Below are positions 37,369 through 46,088 of a DNA stretch of 64,000 nt, in pieces. Source of the DNA: Planctomycetota bacterium (GTDB taxonomy: Bacteria > Planctomycetota > GCA-002687715 > CAIWVZ01). Location of the stretch: the NCBI GenBank assembly GCA_044222185.1, contig JBGANV010000002.1:416001-480000 (forward strand), in the 5' to 3' direction. The translations under genes were made by a program, and so were the position numbers. A model generated the notes under the pieces. That model saw only the letters and a program-made list of their open reading frames with translations. It made no database searches and had not been told where the DNA came from. The first letter of the stretch is position 1. Each line of letters starts with the position of its first letter.

Positions 37369-39410
37369 AACTTCTGCGTGTCGATGTGACGCACCCCGGC
37401 GCCGTTGGCGGTCGCCACCTCGACCATGTTCTCGGTTCCACCCGGCCCGTCACCGACGGCCCCGTTCCACAACGCGATGAGGACGACCGACGCCGCTGGG
37501 TCCGACAAACCATGGTGCAGGGTCCAGAGGTTGTTGCGATTCCAGATCGTGTACTGGGGTTTGTTCACGAGCCATGCGGGGAGGATCTTCGAGTCGCTGA
37601 GGATTCTCGGAGGTGAACAACGACAGATTGCGTCGAACCGTTCGACCCACCCGGGGCCCGAGTCGGCCACGGACTGCCGGATGTAGCTGTTGCGGTCGAG
37701 CGCGAGGAGAACCGTGGTCGGTATGCCGACCTCGCCGCAGACCTCGTGGAAGAGGATGTCGCCGCCGCTCGCTCCTCCCGAGAATCCGTGCACCGTCTGC
37801 CCTGCGGCTTTCGCCGTGCGCACGACCGCTTCGACCTGCTCCCGGATCGCGGAGCGGGCGACCCCCTCCATCGCGGCCGGGAATCTGGGCACCTTCCTTC
37901 CGGGTGCGTCGATGCGATGACCCGTGAAGACGATGTGGAGCTTGAGCTGTTGGGCGGCGGTGACCGGAATCGTTGCCGCGAGATCCACCGGTTCGGCACC
38001 GAGGCCTTTGAGTCCCGCGCGAGCCCGGTCAACCCGGACTCCGAGGTGAACGAAGATCGAGAGCTGGCGTGCGGCAGCAGACGGGTTGAAGCCCCGCGGC
38101 GCACTTTGGCCCGCCGGCGGTCTGGCGAGGTGCGCCGCGGCGGTGCGGTAGAGCGATCGCACGGACTCCGGCGTGGCGTCGCCGAAGGCTGCCGCCGCGT
38201 CGCCCCGGCTGAGCTCGATCCAGTCGTCGTTCGGATCCAGGGCGTGCGCGTGATCGAGCCCGACGGCGACGACGGCGGCGAGACGCTGGGCATCCTCGAG
38301 AATCTGCGTGGTTGCCGTCTGCGCAGCGTCGTCTCCGCCGTTGAGACTCGCCCAGAGGTCGGCCTGAGCGGCCGCAAGTCCCGCACGCAGTGAGAGCAGC
38401 GCCACGGCGTTGAGCGCCGCGAAGTAGTTGTTGAGGTTGGTCTTCGCACCCTCCGCGTAGGAATCGAGGGCTCGTTGCAGGCGGGCCGACTCGAGCGCGA
38501 GTCGCTGACGCTCGGGAAGCGTGGCGGCGGTTGCCCATTCGAGGATCCAGTCCGCCTTCTCGTTACTGCCCCGCAGCGCGAGGGTCTCGGATCGCTCCGC
38601 CGGTGTCAACGGCGACTGCAGCAGCCGCTCGAGGACGGCGTCCGATGCCGCGCGATCGCCTATCTTCTGGTCGATGGTCGCGAGCCGTTGAAGCGTCTCG
38701 ACGTCAGTCGGCCGGCGATCGCGAATCATCGTGTAGGTGCGCCGGGCATTGACGAGGTCGTTGATCTTGAACTGCGTTTCGGCCACGTGTCTCAGGCCGG
38801 GAATCGCCCAGCTCAGATCCGAAAGCTCGTCGGCAAACAGCGAGAGTCGAACCGTGTCGCGCGAGGTACGGGCATCCGCGACCTCGTCGAAAAAACTCGA
38901 ATCCGGGCGCACGTGGGCGGTTGGATCGAAGGACCCGAGCTCGGGCATCAGATCGTGAACCGGACTGTCCGTGCGTTCCGCCTGGACCGTCGCGAGGATC
39001 ACGTCCGCCAGATCGTCGACAGATCGGGCGGGTTCGACCGGCGAGTAGTCGAGGTAGCGGTCCGTGCGCAGGTCGAAAGGGACGTCGTCGCCCTTGCAGC
39101 GAATCAGAACCGTCGCGCGGTTGCGGAGCGCGTGGCGGATGCCCAGCTCGTAGTAGACGTTCGCGTTGTGGATCGACACGTCGGCGATGACGAGATCTGC
39201 GAGGAGCAGCTCCTGGAACATGTCACGCCGAATGCTGCCAGCTTGGAGGATCGGGATCGTCGTCGCGGCGAACACGCGCTGGGCCGACGCGCGCTCGAAC
39301 TTCCGAATCGCGGGCTGGATGAGCAGTGACTCGACCGCATCGAAGTCGACCTCGAGCTTCTGATCCGACGTCTTGCGGGATCCAAACGGGCGGACGATGA
39401 AGACGTGCAT
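37353..39410 (-). CDS. ASK1-like protein: NDT/TIR-like N-domain, TPR (MAP3K TRAF-binding-like) region and SLOG C-domain
   Basis: N-domain FIVRPFG...ADLVIADVSIHNANVYYELGIRHAL...PFDL; helical middle; C-domain FTGHRID, GGASGGD, RNN, ALWNG..GDGPGGT..MV. Confidence 0.75.
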   Translation of the reverse strand: MHVFIVRPFGSRKTSDQKLEVDFDAVESLLIQPAIRKFERASAQRVFAATTIPILQAGSIRRDMFQELLLADLVIADVSIHNANVYYELGIRHALRNRATVLIRCKGDDVPFDLRTDRYLDYSPVEPARSVDDLADVILATVQAERTDSPVHDLMPELGSFDPTAHVRPDSSFFDEVADARTSRDTVRLSLFADELSDLSWAIPGLRHVAETQFKINDLVNARRTYTMIRDRRPTDVETLQRLATIDQKIGDRAASDAVLERLLQSPLTPAERSETLALRGSNEKADWILEWATAATLPERQRLALESARLQRALDSYAEGAKTNLNNYFAALNAVALLSLRAGLAAAQADLWASLNGGDDAAQTATTQILEDAQRLAAVVAVGLDHAHALDPNDDWIELSRGDAAAAFGDATPESVRSLYRTAAAHLARPPAGQSAPRGFNPSAAARQLSIFVHLGVRVDRARAGLKGLGAEPVDLAATIPVTAAQQLKLHIVFTGHRIDAPGRKVPRFPAAMEGVARSAIREQVEAVVRTAKAAGQTVHGFSGGASGGDILFHEVCGEVGIPTTVLLALDRNSYIRQSVADSGPGWVERFDAICRCSPPRILSDSKILPAWLVNKPQYTIWNRNNLWTLHHGLSDPAASVVLIALWNGAVGDGPGGTENMVEVATANGAGVRHIDTQKLFGLG

Positions 39411-39411
39411 G

Positions 39412-40590
39412 TCAGGGCTTCCCGAGGAACGAACCGAAGTGGGCGGGGTCGACCTGGGCGGCGAGCCGTTGCCCCACGTGTCGGAGGTCGTCCATGTGCT
39501 CGGTCGAATCGAGCTTGGCAATCTTCTCGGGGTTGATGTCGGGTCGCGCACCGATCTCCTTCAGTCCGGCGTTCGAGAGTTCGACGTCGTAGCGAATGTA
39601 TGTGAACGCGCGGCCTTGGTCCTTCGAAAGAGGAAGGACGGCGCCGAAGTCATCGCGGATGACGAGGTCCCCGACTTCGCGGTCGAGAGGGCGCCCATAG
39701 GTGCAACGTCCGATCGTGCGGCAGGCGAGATCCTGGTCGAACGCCGCCTGGTTCATGAGAGCCAGAAGTGTGTTGAGTGCATCGGCAGCGACGTTGTGAT
39801 CGGGGTCGTCGCCCGGAGCTCCGATGTGGGGTGCGCAGCCGGTGCCGATCGAAACGACGAGGAGGTTCTTCTCTCCGCGCGGCCACTCGAGGCGGTACAT
39901 GGGCTCGGTCGCCATGCGGTACATGACGAAGGCCGGGTTGTTGTAGGCGGTCGTGCCGCCGTCGACGAACCGGAAGGTCTTTCTCGTATCCCGCGGATCC
40001 CAGCTCACCGCCTCAGGCGGGAAGTAGATCGGCGCCGCAGTGCTCGCGCGGACGATCTGCCAGAGCGGAACCTGGAGATTGCAATCGGGCCGGTCGGGCG
40101 CGTTGTACTTCGCGGACGGGTTCGTCGAGAGCAGCCACGCCGAGTCGGTGGAGTGATTGCGCGTCACCACGAGCATCAGGCATTGGAGGTCTTGCGGGTG
40201 CAGGGTCGTGCGGGGTCCGAACACCTCCTGCAACTTCTCCTGAAGTCCGTCCTTCTCGTAGAGGCTCTTCCACCGTTCGAACAGGCTCCGCTTCTGGAAC
40301 ACCGCCTTGCCGAACTCCGCATAGAAGTCGCGCATGGCGGTCACCGACATGCCTCGCGCGAAGCCCGCCGCGAGGATCGCCCCCGTGCTCGTTCCAGCGA
40401 TGTAATCGAAGAAGTCGCACAGGCGTGTCTGCGGACCCCAGTTGTCCTGGATCAGCTTCTCGATGCGCATGAGCACTTCGAGCGTGAGCACTCCGCGAAT
40501 GCCGCCGCCGTCGAGTGCGAGCATCCGCCGCGGGCGCGGCGTGCTGTAACGGTCGGCAAGATGACCCCAGAGCTTCCAGTCCGTCTTCAT
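39412..40590 (-). CDS. Patatin-like phospholipase
   Basis: LALDGGGIRG, FDYIAGTSTG, ASTAAPIYF, FVDGG..NNP, VSIGTG and YIRY. Confidence 0.93.
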   Translation of the reverse strand: MKTDWKLWGHLADRYSTPRPRRMLALDGGGIRGVLTLEVLMRIEKLIQDNWGPQTRLCDFFDYIAGTSTGAILAAGFARGMSVTAMRDFYAEFGKAVFQKRSLFERWKSLYEKDGLQEKLQEVFGPRTTLHPQDLQCLMLVVTRNHSTDSAWLLSTNPSAKYNAPDRPDCNLQVPLWQIVRASTAAPIYFPPEAVSWDPRDTRKTFRFVDGGTTAYNNPAFVMYRMATEPMYRLEWPRGEKNLLVVSIGTGCAPHIGAPGDDPDHNVAADALNTLLALMNQAAFDQDLACRTIGRCTYGRPLDREVGDLVIRDDFGAVLPLSKDQGRAFTYIRYDVELSNAGLKEIGARPDINPEKIAKLDSTEHMDDLRHVGQRLAAQVDPAHFGSFLGKP

Positions 40591-40721
40591 CGTCGTGACT
40601 CCCTCTTGTGCGCGCTCCGTGCATTCGTGGGAGAACCGGGTCGAAACCTGGAATGCTGCGGCGCGGCGAGGTCGTGATCCTACACGAGCACTGGGGGAGT
40701 CCGCGCCGGATCCCGCCCGCG

Positions 40722-41915
40722 TCACCGTCGCTCCGGCCCCATCGTCTCGACGGAGCCGGCGATCTCGGTCTCGGCTTTTTGCGGGCGCGAGCCGGCGCCG
40801 AGGCGGGGGCCCGAGATCCACGATGCGAGCGCGACGACGGCGAAGATCAGACTCATGATCCAGAAGCGGAGCACGACCTTCGTCTCGGCGACGCCCTGAT
40901 GCTGGAACCCGTGGTGCGCGGGAGCGCGGTAGAGGATCCGCTTGCCGATGCGAAGGATCCCGATCTGCTCCTGAATGAGGACGGAGAGCGCCTCGTAGAC
41001 GAAGATGGCGCCGACGATCAGGAACAGGAGCTCCTGTTTCGTGAGGACGGCCAGGGCCGCCAACGTCCCCCCGAGCGAAAGGGACCCGGTGTCACCCATG
41101 ATCACCTGGGCGGGGTAGCCGTTGAACCAGAGGAACCCGGTGGCAGCGCCGAGAAGCCCCGTGCAGTAGATCGCCAACTCCTCCATCCACGCATGGGCGG
41201 CCATGTCGCCGACGCCGCCGAGCATGTTCTTGCCGAGGATGATCCCGATGGCGCCGTAGACCGCGACCCCGAACGCCGCCGGCACGATGGCGAGGCCGTC
41301 GAGTCCATCGGCGAAGTTCACCGCGTTGCTGATCGCCATGAAGGCGACGAGGATCAGAATGCCGTACCCGAGGAACCCCAGGTCGGGGTGGAAGCCGAGG
41401 ATGGGCGTCGCCAGCGGGATGAAGAGCTTCGTGCGCTCGTCAGGCGAGAACGGCGACGTGCCGACGTTCAGGATCATCAACGCGAAGAAGAGACCGAACA
41501 GTGCCTGCGAGACCAGCTTGAACCGCCGGCCCAAGCCTCCGTCGGAGTGCTTGCGTCGCATCTTCAGGATGTCGTCCATGGCGCCGAGGCCGGCGAAGAA
41601 GCTCGTCGAGAGGAGGAGCAGGGGCGTGGGCCGGCTCCACAGATCGCACCAGAACAACGCGGAAAGCACGATGCCGAGAACGATGATGATGCCGCCCATG
41701 GTCGGCGTGCCGCTCTTGCTCGACGCGTATGCGTCCACGTACTCGCGAGGTCGATCGCGCAATCCGCGACGATAGAGCCCGGCGATCACGCGCGGTCCCA
41801 AGAGCCACACCACGAGGAACGCGGTGATGAACGCGGCGATGCAGCGAATCGAGGTGAGGGGCGCGATCTTCGCGTGCTGGCTCTCCATCACCAGCTTGTA
41901 GAGCATGTAGATCAC
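40722..41915 (-). CDS. mraY: Phospho-N-acetylmuramoyl-pentapeptide transferase (divergent, orphan)
   Basis: KSGTPTMGG, DDILK, NAVNFADGLDGL, GFLWFN.YPA.V.MGDTGS, APAHH and E.KVV.RFW. Confidence 0.9.
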   Translation of the reverse strand: MIYMLYKLVMESQHAKIAPLTSIRCIAAFITAFLVVWLLGPRVIAGLYRRGLRDRPREYVDAYASSKSGTPTMGGIIIVLGIVLSALFWCDLWSRPTPLLLLSTSFFAGLGAMDDILKMRRKHSDGGLGRRFKLVSQALFGLFFALMILNVGTSPFSPDERTKLFIPLATPILGFHPDLGFLGYGILILVAFMAISNAVNFADGLDGLAIVPAAFGVAVYGAIGIILGKNMLGGVGDMAAHAWMEELAIYCTGLLGAATGFLWFNGYPAQVIMGDTGSLSLGGTLAALAVLTKQELLFLIVGAIFVYEALSVLIQEQIGILRIGKRILYRAPAHHGFQHQGVAETKVVLRFWIMSLIFAVVALASWISGPRLGAGSRPQKAETEIAGSVETMGPERR

Positions 41916-44900
41916 GCCGGCTCTCCCATGGTCGCGGAGACCTGATCGAACTTGCGCCGCACGCGGAGGAGGTCTTCCTTGAGCTTGAACCGCGGCGTGA
42001 ACGAGTCGCAGGTGACGAGCACGTCATCCACCAGTTCGAGCAAGGCGCGTGCATCGAGGACGACGCCGCGCTTGTGGAGTTCTTCGTAGGCGCAGACGAC
42101 GGCGTCGCGCACTTGCCAGTTCGGGTGATAGTGCAGCTTCTTCAACACGGGCAGGATCGCGGGCTCTCGCGCCAGCAGGCCGATGGCGCGGACGGCATTC
42201 AGCGCCGTCTCGAAGCAGCGCGACTCGGTGAGGCCGATCAGCGCCGCGAGCGCCTTGTGCCGCGTCGCGTCGCTGAGGAACGGCGCGAGGTTGCCGAGGA
42301 CACGCGCGGCGCCCGCGCGCACCTCGAAGTAGGGATCGTTGAGCGCGGTCACGAGGGCGTTTGCCGTCACTTCGTCGGGGTCTCCGAGCTGCCCCAAGGC
42401 GACGACCGCGTTGCGTCTCACGAATCCCGGCTCGCGGAAATCCGCTCCAAGGAAGCGGAGGTAGAACGGCATCGCTTCGCGATTGGTCACGAGCTGCGCG
42501 AGCTTGGGTCGGGTCACGCGGAGCTGGAGCAGCCCCGCGAGCTTGCAGCCGATGTTGCGCTCCTGCCAGCGCGGCCGACTGAGCAGCTGCGTCACGCGCT
42601 TGTTCAGGTTGAACGTGAGCGCGAGCTGGGGGTTCTTCTCGACCCACTTCAGCAACTCACCTGCCGAGAGCCACTGGGGAACGACGGGCCGCACCTCGCG
42701 TGGCCGAGTCGGCTCGTGATCGTGGCTCTTGCGGTTGAAGCGAGCCAGCAGCTCCTCGATCTGCTCCGACTCCATGAGGAACGCCGTCCCCGCGAACGCG
42801 AACCCACCGAAGAAGCACGGCGTGAGAAGCTGGAGCGCGCGGTTGACGATCGTGCCGACGCCACCGGGGAACGATTCGAAGTGCCGTACCGCCGCCAGGC
42901 TCATGGCTGCGGCGATCGCCGCCGCGCAGGTCGCGAACGACGTCTGGAAGATCGTCGGCCAGAGATCCTTGAACCGGAATGCCGCGTCCTCTTCCCGCAA
43001 GTCGCGGTTGAGCAGCCACAGCCGGACGACCGCCGCGATGCTGAACGTCACGGTCGACGAAAGCGCGATGCCCGCGAACCCGAACGGAGTCTTCACGAGT
43101 GCCAGCGAGAGCGACACGTTGATGACGAGCGCCACGAGATTCGTCAGCGTCCCCGCGCCCATCTGATTGCGCGCCGCGAAGAACCGACCGGAGAGTGCCA
43201 CGAGGCCCCACCCCGGCAGTCCGATGGAGTAGGCCTGCAAGGCGGTCATCACGTAGGGCGCGCGCTCGGCCGTGAGCTTCCCGTATTGGAGCAACCCGCG
43301 AACGATCGGCTCGGCGAGGATCACCATGGCGACGGCCATGGGGACGAGGAGGAAGATCGTCCAGTTGATGCCGTTCACGATCATGCGCCGCGTCCACGCC
43401 TTGTCGCGGACCGCCATGCCTTCGCTGAGTTCCTTCAGCACGACCGTGTTGATCGTCTGCGCCACGAGGGCGAACGGAAGCAGGAACAACTGCCTGCCGA
43501 AGTCGAGCGCGCTGATCATCCCGTCCGACAGCGCGGACGCGATGCTGACGTCCACGATCTCGCCGGCCTTCGAGATCGTGGTGTCCGCCAGGATGTTCGG
43601 CGTGACGCGCCCCACGCGGCGGATGCCCGGCGTGCGCATGTCGAGACCGCGGGGGAATCGCAGTCCGTGGCCCTTGCGGATCTCCGGTCCGAACAGCGGC
43701 GGGAGCTGCACGAGGATCTGCCCCACGCCGCCTGCGAGCACGCCCCACCCGAGCGCCTGGATGCCGAAGCGGTCGTAGAACGACACGCCGGCGATCATGC
43801 CCACGCTGAACATGATCGACGCGTTCGCCGGCAGGGCGAACCGATTGAACGCCTTCAGCACGGCGGCGATGACGGCCGCGGCGGAGATGAGGATCAGGTA
43901 CGGGAACATGATCCGCGTGAGCTTGACCGCGTCGTCGACCATGCCCTTCGCGCGGAACCCCGGAGCGATGGAGTCGATCCACAGCGGCGTCGTGAGGATC
44001 GCGCCGACGGTGACGACGGCGCTCCCGAGGAGGGTGAGCTTCATCACGGTCGAGAAGAGGCGGTTCGCCTCGTCCCTGCGACCCGAGCGGAAGAGCTGAA
44101 CGAACGTCGGCAGGAACGCGCTGTCGACGGCCACCTCGGCGAACACGGCGCGGAAGAAGTTGCTGACCCGCAACCCGAACGTCATGAGGTCGGTCGCCTG
44201 ACCGAGGCCGAGCGTGCCGCCGGAGATCGCCACGCGGGCGAATCCCATCATGCGCGACGTCATGGTGCCGAACGCCGTCGCGAAGAGCTTCTTGCCCACG
44301 GCCATGGGGCGATCTTCGCGTTCGACCTCACGGTCCAGCACGCGGAACGTGAAGCGGTTCGGACCGATGGAGACGACGTCCTCCGGCGAAAGACGCGTGC
44401 GTTGCGCCACGGGCTTGCCGTTGATCGAGACCTGTCCGCGGCGCGGCACGATCCAGAACTCGGCGACGCCGCCGACGCGCGCCTCCTGCAGGAACGCCCG
44501 TTCGCCGTCGCCCCGATCGAGCAGGCGCACGTCCGCGAGCGCGCCCGCCGAGATGACGTTGTTGTTGAACCGCAGCTCGTGCGTGATTCCCGCTTCGTCG
44601 AGCAGCAATCCGACCTTCGCCGTGACGATGCGCTTGTAGATCACGGGCTCGCCGCCCGCGAGCGACTCGAGGACGTCGGCGTTGCGGCCCAAGGCCTCGG
44701 GGATGACCATGCGATGAGCCTGGCGGCCCATCTGGAGCAGGAGCTCCTCGTCGTCGAGGAGGTCGACGATGCGACGCCCCAGCTGATCGCCGTAGACGCG
44801 CGTGACGACACGGCCCTCCTCGTCCGCCGGCTCTTCGTAGAAGATCTCGGCGGCGCCCGCGTCGGCGAAGGCGAGCGCGTTCTCGAGCTGATGCTGCCCG

Positions 44901-45820
44901 GGCGCATCCGACTTCGGGATCAGGATCGAGGGCTTCCCGATGGCGCCCAGCTCCATGATCGTTCCCGCACCCGACCGCGCGACGACGAGGTCGGCGAGCG
45001 CGTAGACGTCCTCGATGTCCTCGATGAACCGCTTGCAGACGTAGCGGCCCGGGATCTCGGGCGCGAGGCCCATCTGCTTCAACCGTTCGCAGGTGTCGTC
45101 GAAGGCGTTGTATTCGGGGCTGTTGAAGAGCCCCGTCGAGTGGATGATCGCGACCTTCTCGTGGCGGAGCAGCGTCTTCAGCGCTTCCACGATGCCGCGG
45201 TTGATCGAGCGCGAGCCCATGCTTCCGCCGACGACGAACACGCACTTGGATTCGGGTGCGATGCCGTATTTCAACCGCGCCGCGTCGCGGGACGCCGTGC
45301 CGATGCGGCTGCGAACGGGATACCCGGTGTGGATCGCCTTCGGAGGCGGCAGTTCGCGGAGCGTGCGCTCGAACGTGATGCCCACGCGGGTGGCGAAACC
45401 TGCCAGCAGACGGTTGGCCGCCCCCGGTCGGGCGTTCTGTTCGTGGACGAAGATCCGCCGCTTGAGGATCGCCGCCGCGAGCACGGGCGGCACGGAAACG
45501 TACCCACCCGTTGCGACCACGAGATTGGGGCGGAACCGGACGATGATCCACAGCGATTGGAGGATTCCCGCGAGCACTCGCACGAGCATCGTCGCGAATC
45601 GGATCGGTCGCCGCGGCGACACGTGCTGCGCGGTGAGCACGCCCTTGAACGCGATGCCGTGTTGCTCGACGCGTTTCTCGTATCCGCCGGCGGAACCGAC
45701 GTAGAGAATGCGAGCCGACGGATCACGGCGCCGGATCTCGCCGATCATGGCGAGATTCGGTGTGACGTGTCCGCCCGTGCCACCGCCCGTGAAGAGGTAG
45801 CGTCTCCCCGTTTGGGTCAC
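41912..45820 (-). CDS. MurG-FHA-like-MurJ-HEAT fusion protein
   Basis: MurG (~45820-44660): GGGTGGH, TGGYVS, HEQN, GGSMG, RSGAGT, HQ..NA. FHA-like (~44610-44340). MurJ (~44300-42770): SRMMGFAR, R..FAE...SAFLP, RIMFPY, GIALS. HEAT-like tail: VRRNAVVALG, DPYFEVRAGAA..LG, NWQVR. One uninterrupted frame. Confidence 0.9.
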   Translation of the reverse strand: MTQTGRRYLFTGGGTGGHVTPNLAMIGEIRRRDPSARILYVGSAGGYEKRVEQHGIAFKGVLTAQHVSPRRPIRFATMLVRVLAGILQSLWIIVRFRPNLVVATGGYVSVPPVLAAAILKRRIFVHEQNARPGAANRLLAGFATRVGITFERTLRELPPPKAIHTGYPVRSRIGTASRDAARLKYGIAPESKCVFVVGGSMGSRSINRGIVEALKTLLRHEKVAIIHSTGLFNSPEYNAFDDTCERLKQMGLAPEIPGRYVCKRFIEDIEDVYALADLVVARSGAGTIMELGAIGKPSILIPKSDAPGQHQLENALAFADAGAAEIFYEEPADEEGRVVTRVYGDQLGRRIVDLLDDEELLLQMGRQAHRMVIPEALGRNADVLESLAGGEPVIYKRIVTAKVGLLLDEAGITHELRFNNNVISAGALADVRLLDRGDGERAFLQEARVGGVAEFWIVPRRGQVSINGKPVAQRTRLSPEDVVSIGPNRFTFRVLDREVEREDRPMAVGKKLFATAFGTMTSRMMGFARVAISGGTLGLGQATDLMTFGLRVSNFFRAVFAEVAVDSAFLPTFVQLFRSGRRDEANRLFSTVMKLTLLGSAVVTVGAILTTPLWIDSIAPGFRAKGMVDDAVKLTRIMFPYLILISAAAVIAAVLKAFNRFALPANASIMFSVGMIAGVSFYDRFGIQALGWGVLAGGVGQILVQLPPLFGPEIRKGHGLRFPRGLDMRTPGIRRVGRVTPNILADTTISKAGEIVDVSIASALSDGMISALDFGRQLFLLPFALVAQTINTVVLKELSEGMAVRDKAWTRRMIVNGINWTIFLLVPMAVAMVILAEPIVRGLLQYGKLTAERAPYVMTALQAYSIGLPGWGLVALSGRFFAARNQMGAGTLTNLVALVINVSLSLALVKTPFGFAGIALSSTVTFSIAAVVRLWLLNRDLREEDAAFRFKDLWPTIFQTSFATCAAAIAAAMSLAAVRHFESFPGGVGTIVNRALQLLTPCFFGGFAFAGTAFLMESEQIEELLARFNRKSHDHEPTRPREVRPVVPQWLSAGELLKWVEKNPQLALTFNLNKRVTQLLSRPRWQERNIGCKLAGLLQLRVTRPKLAQLVTNREAMPFYLRFLGADFREPGFVRRNAVVALGQLGDPDEVTANALVTALNDPYFEVRAGAARVLGNLAPFLSDATRHKALAALIGLTESRCFETALNAVRAIGLLAREPAILPVLKKLHYHPNWQVRDAVVCAYEELHKRGVVLDARALLELVDDVLVTCDSFTPRFKLKEDLLRVRRKFDQVSATMGEPA

Positions 45821-46088
45821 GAACCTGTTGACCTTTCGTTCCCGCGCGGACACCGCCAGGGCCGCGCTCCACTTCACCGTTCCCCACCGCCAGGGAAGGC
45901 GAATTCGAGAGCCGAAACGCACGCGAACGGCCGGGCAGAGAGTAGACGCCGCACCCCTGGGAAACAACGCGCCTGCAGGTGGGAAATCACGGCCCTTGCC
46001 TCATTCGTTCGATCGGGTGTAATCGCCACGATCCAGGCCCAACTGATCTGTCGCATCAGAGTCCCGGCTTGCGACGGAGTCCGCTCCC

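Noticed and set aside
39412-40590. Calling the patatin locus CBASS
   Set aside because: No CD-NTase cyclase or Cap2/Cap3 genes are nearby.
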